Notes: generated by a model not told the origin, from the sequence alone. Shown: positions 1 through 8,666, counted from the stretch's first letter. The stretch: DNA of 43,755 nucleotides from Candidatus Competibacterales bacterium (GCA_041587415.1 JBFGYN010000001.1:1-43755); one strand, 5' to 3'. A program made the numbers and translations.

Positions 1-141
1 CCGAAGTGTCCGTATCCGTCAAAGTACATGTACCGGTCACGAAACGCGGTGATGCTCTGCCCCAGCCTCTGACCGCTATCAATGGCCAGGAACTGACCAA
101 AGAGGTTGTCGTACCCGTTGCTCGCGGGAGTGCCGGTCAAG
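1..141. repeat. Terminal direct repeat copy 1, identical to 43615..43755; assembly overlap of a circular or permuted genome
   Basis: Bases 1-141 (ccgaagtgtccgtatccgtc...gtgccggtcaag) are repeated exactly as the last 141 bases. The repeat lies inside a helicase ORF that is complete only when the ends are joined. Confidence 0.95.
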
Positions 142-677
142 CCGACTCGACGGCGAAAGTAGGGCAGCAGCTTACGTAACGCCCGGTGTCGCTTCGTTGT
201 ATGGTGTTTGAGCCGTGACACCTCGTCGTACACTACCATTGACGAGAACGGCATGTACTTGCCCCGCTTCAGGTACAACCCTTGCATTTGCTCAGACAGC
301 CACCGCAAGTTCTCATAGTTGATCAGGTACACGTCCGCCGGCACCCGGAACGCACGGTGCCGTTGAGTAGGCGTGCCGTGGATCAGACTGAACCGAAGAT
401 CTTGCAAGTGCCCCCATCGTTTCGCTTCCTGTCGCCACACTGTTTGACAGACACGCAGCGGTGCGATAACCAGCATTCGACCGACTAGGGCGCGGTCTTG
501 TAGCTCGCGAAACGCGGTCAGCGTGATAACCGTCTTACCGAGCCCCATGTCGAGCCAGAGCGCGGCGTGAGGGTGCTCAATGAGGTGGGCTATGGCCCGC
601 TCTTGATAAGTGTGCAGACAGCTCCTGTCCCGCAGACTTGAGTTCTTCAATGATGTGTTCGGGGTCCAGGAAGGCAT
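1..677 (-). CDS. SNF2-family helicase, N-terminal part (continues into 42756..43754 across the circular junction; about 511 aa in total)
   Basis: Minus-strand translation from ATG 677 reads MPSWTPNTSLKNSSLRDRSCLHTYQERAIAHLIEHPHAALWLDMGLGKT...YDEVS...LTGTPASNGYDNLFGQ. It carries helicase motifs I (GLGKT), II (DEVS) and III (LTGTP). It is in frame with ORF 42756..43754 through the 141-bp overlap: (677-140) is divisible by 3. ATG 716 is an alternative start. The gene overlaps the VRR-NUC 3' end by about 100 nt. Confidence 0.85.
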   Translation of the reverse strand, partial: MPSWTPNTSLKNSSLRDRSCLHTYQERAIAHLIEHPHAALWLDMGLGKTVITLTAFRELQDRALVGRMLVIAPLRVCQTVWRQEAKRWGHLQDLRFSLIHGTPTQRHRAFRVPADVYLINYENLRWLSEQMQGLYLKRGKYMPFSSMVVYDEVSRLKHHTTKRHRALRKLLPYFRRRVGLTGTPASNGYDNLFGQFLAIDSGQRLGQSITAFRDRYMYFDGYGHF

Positions 678-960
678 CGACAACCCGGCGGCCTTGCTCG
701 ATGGTATGGCAGACATAGACGTTACACCCTTGCTCGGCTAGACGATGGCACTCAGCGGCTTGTTGCTTGGTGAGCTGGTTCCCGGGTCGCTTGAACTCGA
801 TGAACAACGTCAAGCCGTCCGGGGTGATGAACAGACGATCGGGCACCGAGCGGCGAGCGGGGCTCGTGAACTTGTAAGTCAAGTAGCCCTGGGTACGTGC
901 GTATAAACACACTGCGCGCTCGATGTCGACCTCGCGAAGTTCAGAGTCTTTCAACTTCAT
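577..960 (-). CDS. VRR-NUC domain nuclease
   Basis: The internal start MKLKDSELREV at 960 overlaps the polymerase stop as ATGA. The signature PDRLFITPDGLTLFIEFKRPGNQLTKQQ matches the D...ExK...Q pattern of PD-(D/E)XK VRR-NUC proteins. Confidence 0.8.
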   Translation of the reverse strand: MKLKDSELREVDIERAVCLYARTQGYLTYKFTSPARRSVPDRLFITPDGLTLFIEFKRPGNQLTKQQAAECHRLAEQGCNVYVCHTIEQGRRVVDAFLDPEHIIEELKSAGQELSAHLSRAGHSPPH

Positions 961-2903
961 TTCCTGTACCTCTTGGTGATGAAGCCCTCGGCCCCGAGAG
1001 TCAAGGTCGGTGCCCACGGTGGGGCGGCGCTCATGCACTTGATCAACCGCTCTAGATCAGCCTCTGCTTGCTCGGCGAGGCTCTCTACAATGATCTCGTC
1101 GTGAACGTGGCCTACAACGTATAGCCCTTTTGTTTCTGCTTGAGCCATACCGTGCATAAGGATGTCACGAGCGATGGCTTGCACAATGTTCTCGGTGATC
1201 TTTCCACCGTGGGTCGAGATCCGCTCCCATCGCCCGGTGTACTGGCTTTTGCCCATGTAGCTGAATGCGAGCCGGTCCCACTGATTCAACGTTACCGCAG
1301 GCTGGTAGTAGCACAAGCGACGACCAGACGGCAGCTCGATGAATAGAAAATTCTCATCCCGAAAGATGCGAACACTGTAGCCTCGAAGTTCGCCGCCGGC
1401 CCGACCGTTCTCGGCGATCGTCATGCAAGCATTTGAGAGCCAGTGCCACATTTCAGGGATCTCGTAATACATTTCTCGAAACAAACTCACCGCGCGCTGG
1501 GCGAACTCTTCGCTCATCTCTACACCCATGCCCGCAGCGTAGTCCACTAGGCCTCGCGCTCCGAGCTGGTAGCCGCAGCCGAGGGTGGGCGGCTTCGCAT
1601 AGGTGCGCTGTTCTTTGGTGATGGCGTTCTCGGGCTGCTCGAACAAGTAACTGGCAAAGTGAATGTACGCATCGCCCCCGGTGCGAAATATCGCGTTTAA
1701 ACGTTCACAGTTCGAAACGTAGCCAAGCAGAACGGACTCGATCGACTTGAGATCGGCCACGCATAAAAGGCTTCCTGAGGGCGCGGTCACCGCGTTGCGG
1801 ATACCAGACACCAGGGCTTCCATCACGTCTTCATAGAAGGCTGTCACCAGCTCCAGGCTGCCAGTGCTCAAGATCTCGGGGAGCCCCGCTAACGGAACGC
1901 TTGGCCAGGGCAGATTCTGAGGCTGAAAGATCCGACCCGCCCACCGTCCGGTACGGCTTGCGCCCCACAACTGCAACGTGCCGCGAAGTCTGTCATCTTC
2001 ATTAACTGCCCGTTGAATCGCGGCCCACTTGGCCGGTGAAGTCTTCGAAGCTTGTTGTTGAAGCTGCAACACCGTGTGCGCTAGGTCATCTGGGGCACGT
2101 TCGAGTGCAGCAGCGATGGTCGCCTTCTGTAGGTTCGGCAGCTCGGGCATTCCGTTGGTGTGCAGCCAGCCCAACATCTGTGGCTGACTGTTCGGGTTGT
2201 CGAGCCCGGTTAGCTGTTGCATGACGCGGTGTAAACGGGCTTGCTCTTCTTTGTGCAGCTTTACGCAGGCGTCGACTAGCACGGTGTCCACGGGCAGCCC
2301 ACGATCGTTGATCATCTGATCGAACGAGTACTCGCCCCAGTGGGTTTTAGTCAGGGGGTACCGTTTCAAGCGATCATGTATCGCGCGCTCAGCGGTTACA
2401 TCGGTGCGGTTGTACTCCAGGAAAAGCTCCCAGTCTTCGGGAGCCATCTCCGGGGTCCACCGTGTGGCAGAATTGTACTTAGTCGGCTTACGGGGGCTGC
2501 AGAACTTATTAACCAGTCGCGTGCCACCTTTGATCTTCTGCTGGTCTTGCGGGAGCTCTAGCTGCTCGCCAACGTCTCGCAGGGTGCCGAAGAACCCGAG
2601 CGCGTAGGCGTGAGACATGACGCAATAGAACCGTGAGATCGGAAGCTGGAGCCCGAGCACGTGCCAGAAGATCAGTCGTTCGAACCGTGCGTTGAACGCG
2701 GCGATCTTGGCTTTCGGGTAGCGCTCTAGAAACGTGAGCAGCCCCGCTGGGTGTCTTTCTTCCTGGGTGACGGGTTCAATGCCTACCGCCCACGCAGTAA
2801 GCAGCAGCTCGCAGCTAGGGTGTCGAGCGTATCGATCCGCTCCGACCTTCTTGATGTTCAGCTTGCAGAACGTTTCGAAGTCGACGTGCACTAGGGGGGT
2901 CAT
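957..2903 (-). CDS. Family A DNA polymerase with N-terminal 3'-5' exonuclease domain
   Basis: 648-aa ORF. The N-terminus VHVDFETF is ExoI-like and the C-terminus VGHVHDEIIVE is Pol A motif C. An AGGAGG Shine-Dalgarno (SD) sequence lies at 2912-2917 on the minus strand. Confidence 0.93.
   Translation of the reverse strand: MTPLVHVDFETFCKLNIKKVGADRYARHPSCELLLTAWAVGIEPVTQEERHPAGLLTFLERYPKAKIAAFNARFERLIFWHVLGLQLPISRFYCVMSHAYALGFFGTLRDVGEQLELPQDQQKIKGGTRLVNKFCSPRKPTKYNSATRWTPEMAPEDWELFLEYNRTDVTAERAIHDRLKRYPLTKTHWGEYSFDQMINDRGLPVDTVLVDACVKLHKEEQARLHRVMQQLTGLDNPNSQPQMLGWLHTNGMPELPNLQKATIAAALERAPDDLAHTVLQLQQQASKTSPAKWAAIQRAVNEDDRLRGTLQLWGASRTGRWAGRIFQPQNLPWPSVPLAGLPEILSTGSLELVTAFYEDVMEALVSGIRNAVTAPSGSLLCVADLKSIESVLLGYVSNCERLNAIFRTGGDAYIHFASYLFEQPENAITKEQRTYAKPPTLGCGYQLGARGLVDYAAGMGVEMSEEFAQRAVSLFREMYYEIPEMWHWLSNACMTIAENGRAGGELRGYSVRIFRDENFLFIELPSGRRLCYYQPAVTLNQWDRLAFSYMGKSQYTGRWERISTHGGKITENIVQAIARDILMHGMAQAETKGLYVVGHVHDEIIVESLAEQAEADLERLIKCMSAAPPWAPTLTLGAEGFITKRYRK
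1695..1702. repeat. GTTTAAAC octamer, copy 1 of 17
   Basis: In the polymerase gene, read on the minus strand as CGT TTA AAC (R-L-N). Confidence 0.95.
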
Positions 2904-2918
2904 GCGTCAAACCTCCTG

Positions 2919-2944
2919 AAAAAAGAGGGGACCGAAGTCCCCTC
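2919..2944 (-). terminator. Rho-independent terminator or attenuator between the SSB-like and polymerase genes
   Basis: On the minus strand, stem GAGGGGAC (2937-2944) pairs with GTCCCCTC (2925-2932) around a 4-nt loop, followed by TTTTTT (2919-2924). Confidence 0.7.
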
Positions 2945-2967
2945 AAGCCCCCAACATTCTGTCGGGC

Positions 2968-3630
2968 TTAGCCCATCCAGTTCATCGGACCGGGGCCGGG
3001 TTTGGCGTCGCCACCGTTGCCCGTCGGTCGCCCCGGCGCAACGGAAGCCGTACCCGGTGCAGGTGTCGGTGAAACCGGTGCCGGCCCGCCTTTGACCTCG
3101 ACAGCCTCGAACACTTGCGCCGCATCTTTTCGCCCGTCCAAACGGGGCAACGTGCGATCGGTGATCTGCACCGCGTTCAGGCCCCAGCTCACGCCGCGAT
3201 TGGTGGTCACGTCGTAAGCGAAAGCGTTCAGGTACGCGCTCACACCCATGCCCGGGTAAACGTCCCCCGGCTGTGCTGGCAGTGTCGGCTTCTCCTGCAC
3301 CACGGTAGGCTTGCTATCAGCCTTCGCTGATGCCGAGATCATGAATCTGCCCTCGAACTGTGGATCCGCGTCAGTTCCGTTCTTCCACGGCATCTGCAGA
3401 TTGGCCGGAGGCTTGCCGCCCCACTTGTTCTCGATCGCAGCGGTCACTGCGCCATTGAGTACGGCCCAATCTGCCTCGGTCAGATCCTCGGGCAAAATGA
3501 ACGCAGCCGAAAACTTCGGGTCTCCGCGTTCCGCAACCCGTCGAGCTTCGAAGAGGTGCGGATAGCTGATGATGCAGTTGCGGATGTACACCGCCGTCTT
3601 GCTGTTTTCCACGAAAGTCACGTAGCTCAT
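2968..3630 (-). CDS. DUF2815-type single-stranded DNA-binding protein
   Basis: 220-aa ORF. The N-terminus MSYVTFVENSKTAVYIRNCIISYPHLFE is typical of DUF2815. It sits between the DUF2800 and Pol A genes, as in the known DUF2800-DUF2815-PolA phage replication module. Confidence 0.75.
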   Translation of the reverse strand: MSYVTFVENSKTAVYIRNCIISYPHLFEARRVAERGDPKFSAAFILPEDLTEADWAVLNGAVTAAIENKWGGKPPANLQMPWKNGTDADPQFEGRFMISASAKADSKPTVVQEKPTLPAQPGDVYPGMGVSAYLNAFAYDVTTNRGVSWGLNAVQITDRTLPRLDGRKDAAQVFEAVEVKGGPAPVSPTPAPGTASVAPGRPTGNGGDAKPGPGPMNWMG

Positions 3631-3642
3631 TTCACTGTCCTC

Positions 3643-3650
3643 GTTTAAAC
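3643..3650. repeat. GTTTAAAC octamer, copy 2
   Basis: Untranslated. On the minus strand it reads GTTTAAACGAGGAcagtgaaATG, leading into gene 2968..3630. Confidence 0.95.
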
Positions 3651-3658
3651 GTGATGCT

Positions 3659-5074
3659 TCAGTCCAAGAAGCTCATGTCCGGCGCTTTCTTCTCTTCGAC
3701 AGGTTCGAAGATCCGCGCCGGGTCGGTCACGACCTCCGGCCGTGAATCGGTTTCCAGTGCGATGACAGGCTTGCCGCCGTCGCGCTGGATCAACTCTTTT
3801 ACCTTGTTCCAGCCCCGGGCGCTGAGTAGCGGCTTCAGTCGCTTTTCGGCCTGAGCGGGACTCAAGATCTTCTCGTCCAAGTAATCGGACTTCTTGAGCT
3901 TGCCGCCCCCGTGATCCTTGGTGCGGACGACCGAGGCAAACACTTTGCGGGCTTCCTCTTCGCTGCTCCAGGAGCGCGACGCCCGGCCCAAGACCAACTT
4001 GAACCCGGGCACCTTGGTGCCGGCTTTCATAAGCTTGTGCGCGTGCTCGTGCACCGCGTTCAGCCAGCCGCGAATCAGCGGCTCGGCTTCCAGTATGGCA
4101 GCGAGCCCCTGTGCGTCCAGCTCGTCCGGAGAGCGCGACAGAAGGCCGAAGTACCCGTCCAGGCTGCCGGGGCTCTCTGGCGTAGCCTCAGTGAGTTCCT
4201 GGGGCGGTTGATTGTGCCCCGGACCGGGTGGCGGTACACGTTCCCAAGCAGGGGTGCTGTCATTGTTAGACATAGGCTTTTCCTCGAAAATGGCTGCAGC
4301 ACCTTCCAGTGCGTGCTTGCGTAGTGCAGGGCAGTTGGCTTTCGCCGGGCACCACCGACACTGTGTTTCACCGGGCACCAGGATCGGCTCAGGTGAATCG
4401 AGCGCACGGGTGGCAATGGCTTGGAGCTTGTCGCGCCAGTCCGCCATCTGCTCCGGGGTCCAAGTCATAGACCGCACGGGGTCGGCCCCTTGGTAGCGCG
4501 GTTGGATTATCTTGGTTCGGATCTCCTGAGCCTGCGCCGGTGTGCATTCTTTCAGAGCCCCGAGTGCATACAAGATTATCTGCGGATCGTCGGGCTCGAC
4601 CAGCTTTCCGCTGCCGTGTTTGTAATCGGCCACCTCCAGCACCCCACCACCGATGAGGATGATGTCTGCGGTTCCGTAGCAGTGTTCTGAACGATCCGGT
4701 TTAAACGAAGCACCAGGGATCACGTCGTGCTCCAACAGCAGCCGTTTCTCACCGTACTCGATAGCGTCCCAGCTTCGAGCGACTTCATTATGGGCGATAC
4801 GCAGCGCTGTCAGATCTTCAGCGTCCAGGGTCACCGGTTGCGTCAACCGGTTCTCTTCGGTGGGCTCCACCGTGAGGCTGGAGACTTTGGCAAAGTCTTT
4901 ACCCCTGCTCAGCCTGTGTAACCAGTGGTTCAGCACTTCCTGGGCGGCCGTGCCCCGCTCAGCTGCGGGGCTAGACCGGTCCTCGACATCCCGTGCTAGG
5001 TGTATGCTGCCCGGGCATAGGGTCCAGCGCGGTGCTGCGCTCGGAGCGAGTAGTGCGCGCTGGCGTTCAGTCAT
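3659..5074 (-). CDS. DUF2800 / Cas4-like PD-(D/E)XK exonuclease
   Basis: 471-aa ORF. It has the nuclease core GTADIILIGGGVLEVADYKHG and the Cys cluster CRWCPAKANC, plus an N-terminal Cys, which suggests an Fe-S cluster. Its ATG overlaps the upstream stop as ATGA. Confidence 0.8.
   Translation of the reverse strand: MTERQRALLAPSAAPRWTLCPGSIHLARDVEDRSSPAAERGTAAQEVLNHWLHRLSRGKDFAKVSSLTVEPTEENRLTQPVTLDAEDLTALRIAHNEVARSWDAIEYGEKRLLLEHDVIPGASFKPDRSEHCYGTADIILIGGGVLEVADYKHGSGKLVEPDDPQIILYALGALKECTPAQAQEIRTKIIQPRYQGADPVRSMTWTPEQMADWRDKLQAIATRALDSPEPILVPGETQCRWCPAKANCPALRKHALEGAAAIFEEKPMSNNDSTPAWERVPPPGPGHNQPPQELTEATPESPGSLDGYFGLLSRSPDELDAQGLAAILEAEPLIRGWLNAVHEHAHKLMKAGTKVPGFKLVLGRASRSWSSEEEARKVFASVVRTKDHGGGKLKKSDYLDEKILSPAQAEKRLKPLLSARGWNKVKELIQRDGGKPVIALETDSRPEVVTDPARIFEPVEEKKAPDMSFLD
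4699..4706. repeat. GTTTAAAC octamer, copy 3
   Basis: In the DUF2800 gene, read on the minus strand as TCG TTT AAA CCG (S-F-K-P). Confidence 0.95.
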
Positions 5075-5445
5075 TGGCTTGCTACCAGTGCCTTGGTGGC
5101 GTCGAGCACACCCTGGTACTGCTCGGGTTGCAGCTCCGAGAGCTTGTTGACGCCGAAGTTGGGGAACACCTCGTTCGGAACACGAGTCGGATCGGTCAGC
5201 TGGGACACCAGTCCCGCCATTGACTCGCGCAGCTGATCGATAGTCAGCTCAGGGGGCGGGGTCGTGACCTCCTGCACCGGAGGTGCGGCCTTCGCCGGCT
5301 TGGCCTTCTGGGGCTTCGCCGGCTTAGTCCCTATGTCGAGCCGCTGCTGTCCCGCATCCTCCAGAGTGGATTGACTCACGATCTCGATAATGGCCTGAGC
5401 CATCTCGCAATCGTGGGGGTTAGAGAGATCGATCGTCAGTTGCAT
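5071..5445 (-). CDS. Hypothetical protein with a Pro/Lys/Ala-rich linker
   Basis: 124-aa ORF, GAGG SD, translationally coupled to the DUF2800 gene. I recognised no motif. Confidence 0.6.
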   Translation of the reverse strand: MQLTIDLSNPHDCEMAQAIIEIVSQSTLEDAGQQRLDIGTKPAKPQKAKPAKAAPPVQEVTTPPPELTIDQLRESMAGLVSQLTDPTRVPNEVFPNFGVNKLSELQPEQYQGVLDATKALVASQ

Positions 5446-5456
5446 GGTGAGCTACC

Positions 5457-5783
5457 TCAAGTTTTGGGGCCGTAGACTCTGACCGACGCGGCCGTGCGGC
5501 GCAACTTGTCGCTAGTGTGCGCGGTGACCAGCTGACGCGACGGGTTCAGCTTTTTCGCCACTGCTTCCCAGTCGGTGACAGCAACCAGCTTTTCGCTCGC
5601 CTCGGTGACCGTCACACGGTAGTCGTCGTCCAGCTCGATAGTGCGCGCGCCACCGGCTTTGAGAGAGTCTTTCAAGAAAGCTTCCTGTCGCTTCAGGTCG
5701 GCCAGCTGAATCTGCACGTCAAGCAGTGCGCGTGCGGTGTCGACATCGGTGGTCGGAACGGGGAAAAAGACGTTCGGTTTCAT
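5457..5783 (-). CDS. Hypothetical coiled-coil protein; occupies the Gp157-like position upstream of DUF2800
   Basis: 108-aa ORF preceded by the conserved early leader gcactGAGGActgagccATG. Confidence 0.6.
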   Translation of the reverse strand: MKPNVFFPVPTTDVDTARALLDVQIQLADLKRQEAFLKDSLKAGGARTIELDDDYRVTVTEASEKLVAVTDWEAVAKKLNPSRQLVTAHTSDKLRRTAASVRVYGPKT

Positions 5784-5855
5784 GGCTCAGTCCTCAGTGC
5801 TCAGTTCACGTTGCGAAGTATGAGGGGCATCCCTGCCCCTGTCAACACCCTTGTA
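5784..5855 (-). promoter_or_regulatory. Early promoter cassette A
   Basis: The minus strand reads TTGACA (5840-5845), a 17-nt spacer, CATACT (5817-5822), then the shared leader gcactgaggactgagccATG. The spacer contains the inverted repeat AGGGGCA/TGCCCCT. Confidence 0.55.
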
Positions 5856-6503
5856 TCACCCTGCGTGCGCGGTCCCGTCGCAGTTCACATCCGGGCAGCG
5901 CAGCTCCGGGGCCTGCTCCAGCCACTTGCCCGTAGTGCGGAACACGAAGCCGCAAGTGTCGCACTCAGCCTTGATCATGCGCGTAGTCTGTTTCTTCTTG
6001 TTGCGAAGGTTGATCTTCGCGTGCGGATACGGGCCGAGCTTCGCGAGAATGGGCTGCACGGTTGCAGCGAAACGCTCGCCAACAGAGGTGTAACCTTTGC
6101 CGTGATACTCGTTGCCGATTGCAATGATCAGCCGTTTAAACGGGGCACGGTGGCCAACGGCGCAGCCGAGATACATGTGGCACATTTCGTGCGCCACGGT
6201 CTCGACAACTCCCATCACGTCGTCCTGCACCGGGCTCACTATCATCTCGGTGGTGCCGTCCGCGCTGGCAACCGGATCCCAGCACTCGCCGATGCGGGCA
6301 CGGGCCGACCCGCCACCCGGGAAGCTGCACGCGATGCGGTGCTTGGGCAGCTTCTCGAAGACGCGCCCGTGATTGTTCTCGGGGTTCGAGAAGATGTGCT
6401 CGTGAAGCTCCCGCACCAGGGCGCTGAGCCAGGACTCGCGCGTGTCGTGCGGGAAGTATGCAAGGCGGGGAAGGTTCGCGTTCTCGTGGGTCAGAAGGTT
6501 CAT
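5856..6503 (-). CDS. SprT-like zinc metallopeptidase with C-terminal zinc ribbon
   Basis: 215-aa ORF with the HExxH motif VAHEMCHMYLG and a C-terminal CDTCG...CPDVNCDG. Confidence 0.7.
   Translation of the reverse strand: MNLLTHENANLPRLAYFPHDTRESWLSALVRELHEHIFSNPENNHGRVFEKLPKHRIACSFPGGGSARARIGECWDPVASADGTTEMIVSPVQDDVMGVVETVAHEMCHMYLGCAVGHRAPFKRLIIAIGNEYHGKGYTSVGERFAATVQPILAKLGPYPHAKINLRNKKKQTTRMIKAECDTCGFVFRTTGKWLEQAPELRCPDVNCDGTAHAG
6134..6141. repeat. GTTTAAAC octamer, copy 4
   Basis: In the SprT-like gene, read on the minus strand as CCG TTT AAA CGG (P-F-K-R). Confidence 0.95.
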
Positions 6504-6570
6504 GGCTCAGTCCTCAGTGCACGTTTAAACAGTGTGGAGAGATCCTACAGGGCTGATACTGTAGTGTCAA
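6504..6570 (-). promoter_or_regulatory. Early promoter cassette B
   Basis: The minus strand reads TTGACA (6565-6570, containing the TGA stop of gene 6567..7010), a 17-nt spacer, TAGGAT (6542-6547), GTTTAAAC, then the shared leader and ATG 6503. Inverted repeat CTACAG/CTGTAG lies at 6545-6564. Confidence 0.6.
6523..6530. repeat. GTTTAAAC octamer, copy 5
   Basis: In the leader of early cassette B, between the -10 element and the SD. Confidence 0.95.
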
Positions 6571-7010
6571 CTCTTTTTGATGCACTCCGGACCGAGCCCG
6601 GACTTGATGCTCTCGGGGTGGGTCAGCTCGCGACCGCACCGGCCGCAGCGGTTCATATGGTGAACTTCGGCTTGCTCGCTAATGTCGCGATTGGCGTCGA
6701 GCATGTGAACCAGCCAGAGGAAGCCGCGCCAGCTGGGCGCGTCGCTGCCCACCTTGGATCCTTTAGTCTGATAGGCCACCAAAGTTCCGTTAGCTTTTCG
6801 CACTAGCATTCCAGCATAGGTGTAGTCGCGAGTGTTATCGGGGCCAGAGAGAACCGACACGAAAAATTTTCCGGAAATGAGACCGTTGGGGCTGGAAGCT
6901 TTGCCCGCTGTCGTCAACCGGTAGGTGTAGTGCCCGCCTGACGCCAAACTCTTCAGAGTGAACGTCGCGTTGCCTGCGGTGATGAAGCTTTTGATCTGCT
7001 CGCTATTCAT
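6567..7010 (-). CDS. Hypothetical protein with a C-terminal DUF6011-like zinc motif
   Basis: 147-aa ORF. The C-terminus CGRCGRELTHPESIKSGLGPEC matches the CxRCGRxLTxPxSxxxGxGPxC pattern. Confidence 0.65.
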   Translation of the reverse strand: MNSEQIKSFITAGNATFTLKSLASGGHYTYRLTTAGKASSPNGLISGKFFVSVLSGPDNTRDYTYAGMLVRKANGTLVAYQTKGSKVGSDAPSWRGFLWLVHMLDANRDISEQAEVHHMNRCGRCGRELTHPESIKSGLGPECIKKS

Positions 7011-7080
7011 GGCTCAGTCCTCGGTGCACGTGTAAACAGTTCAGAGGGGCATTATCGCCCCTCTGATACTGTCGTGTCAA
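7011..7080 (-). promoter_or_regulatory. Early promoter cassette C
   Basis: The minus strand reads TTGACA (7075-7080, containing the TGA stop of the helicase), an 18-nt spacer, GATAAT (7051-7056), GTTTACAC, the leader, then ATG 7010. The -10 hexamer forms the loop of a 9-bp hairpin, CAGAGGGGC/GCCCCTCTG (7042-7065). Confidence 0.7.
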
Positions 7081-8588
7081 CCCCCGTTCGGGAGGGCCAT
7101 GTGCACCTCCCGCTTGGCCCGAGTCGCTGCAACGTAAAGTAGGGCATTGGTCATGCGGCCGGCGGCGAGCTTGGCCGGGGCGAAGTACACCCGGTCAACA
7201 GTCTGCCCCTGGCAGCGGTGCACCGTCATCGCATAGTTGTAGCCAACGGGCAGGAACAAAGACTTGAAAGCGTGGTACGCCTTCCAGTTGCCGATCTCCT
7301 CGCAGTGCTCGGCAATGGCTCGCAGTCGCGCGGTGTAATCGGTGCCACCCAGCTTGGCGGTGTCGGCCTTCGACTCGGTCACCATGAACATGATCGGAAC
7401 CACCAAGCCGTTGTTCAGTTTGACGATGTAGCAGGGAACCCCTTCGACCTCGCCAGTCGTCACAGACTGCACGAGGTAAGACGTGCCGCTGTAGAACCGC
7501 ACGCGGTCCTCCTGAGTCGTACCGATGTCGGTTGTGGCCATCACCATCAAACGTTCATCCTCGATCACCGGCTCATGCTGGGCGCGCTCACTGCCGTAGA
7601 GTCCTGCACGGATCACTGCGTTAGCTTGCACGACATCGGTCCGGCGGAAGAACAGCATGCGCGCGTCCTCGCCCGGGCGGTCCATCAGGTCTTCGACGTA
7701 GCGCTCGATCATGTCGCTCACGCTGGCGTGAATGTGGATCCCCGTGCTGCCGGACCAGTTCTGCTCCGGAACCTGCGCCGGGGTGTTACGGGCCAGCTGC
7801 TCCAGCTGATACAGGTCAGAGTCCGCGCTGTAACGCATGGGCTGCGTTAGCTCGGCACTGACAGAGATCTTGGAAAGCACACTGTCAGTGTGCTGTCCGA
7901 CCGGGGGCAGCTGCTTCAGGTCACCGACGACCAGCAACTTGCCACCATAGCTCTCTGCCGCGCGCAGCAAGCGAGCGCCGATGTCGTCGGATACCATGCT
8001 GTACTCATCCACGATGAGCAGGCGGTGAGGGCTCAATCGGGCTACCAGCATCTCGCCACTGTCCGGCCCCCAAACGTACTCGGCCTTGGAGTCGACAAAC
8101 ACCTTCTCCAATCGCAGAGTGCTGGCGATCGTCTTCGGTTCGATCTTGAACGCGGCCAGCTGCTGCACGAGTACCTGAGTCGCGACATAGCTGGTAGCGC
8201 AAGCGTGCACGTTGTAGCCCAGCTCGATTGCACGACGGGCTACGTCCATGACGGTGTAGGACTTGCCGTAGCCTGCGCCACCTTCGAGCTTCGCGGCTGG
8301 CGCGTCACTCTGGAGCCACTCGGCGAGCAGGTCGGAGGCTGCCTGCTGGCTCGGGTTCAGGGTGTAGTTGACCTCGGTGGCCTGCACCGCGAGCAGCTGC
8401 TGGCTGTCGATAACAGCTCGAATGGCGTCCTGGTATTGATGTACGAAGTTCACCAGCCCGGGCCATGCGTCCGCCTCGCCCGCCTTCCGCAGCATCCAGC
8501 CCAGATAGCCCGGGTCAATGTTGGTGATCGGCGTGTCGCGGTACTTGCCGAAGGGGATGGTGATGATCTCGTGGTCGATGATGCTCAT
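7077..8588 (-). CDS. RecD/Dda-like superfamily 1 DNA helicase
   Basis: 503-aa ORF with Walker A GGAGYGKSYTV, Walker B LLIVDEYSMV and motif VI AMTVHRCQGQTVDRVY. The N-terminal IPFGKYRDTPI module is DUF3820-like. Confidence 0.88.
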   Translation of the reverse strand: MSIIDHEIITIPFGKYRDTPITNIDPGYLGWMLRKAGEADAWPGLVNFVHQYQDAIRAVIDSQQLLAVQATEVNYTLNPSQQAASDLLAEWLQSDAPAAKLEGGAGYGKSYTVMDVARRAIELGYNVHACATSYVATQVLVQQLAAFKIEPKTIASTLRLEKVFVDSKAEYVWGPDSGEMLVARLSPHRLLIVDEYSMVSDDIGARLLRAAESYGGKLLVVGDLKQLPPVGQHTDSVLSKISVSAELTQPMRYSADSDLYQLEQLARNTPAQVPEQNWSGSTGIHIHASVSDMIERYVEDLMDRPGEDARMLFFRRTDVVQANAVIRAGLYGSERAQHEPVIEDERLMVMATTDIGTTQEDRVRFYSGTSYLVQSVTTGEVEGVPCYIVKLNNGLVVPIMFMVTESKADTAKLGGTDYTARLRAIAEHCEEIGNWKAYHAFKSLFLPVGYNYAMTVHRCQGQTVDRVYFAPAKLAAGRMTNALLYVAATRAKREVHMALPNGG

Positions 8589-8656
8589 GGCTCAGTCCTC
8601 AGTGCTCGTGTAAACAGTACGGGGGCATTATCGCCCCCGTGATACTGTCGTGTCAA
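8589..8656 (-). promoter_or_regulatory. Early promoter cassette D
   Basis: The minus strand reads TTGACA (8651-8656), an 18-nt spacer, GATAAT (8627-8632) in the loop of hairpin CGGGGGC/GCCCCCG (8620-8639), GTTTACAC, the leader, then ATG 8588. Confidence 0.7.
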
Positions 8657-8666
8657 GCGGTTTCGG

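Noticed and set aside
1-141. The 141-bp terminal repeat could be a genuine T7-like direct terminal repeat.
   Set aside because: It lies in the middle of a coding sequence that becomes a complete SNF2 helicase only after circularisation. It has no non-coding or regulatory character. An assembly overlap is the simpler explanation.
5517-6806. A long 429-aa plus-strand ORF lies across the early region.
   Set aside because: It is antisense to three well-supported minus-strand genes and runs through their promoter cassettes. Its sequence is rich in Arg, Ala, Gly and Val and carries no motif. This is the usual stop-poor antisense frame of GC-rich DNA.
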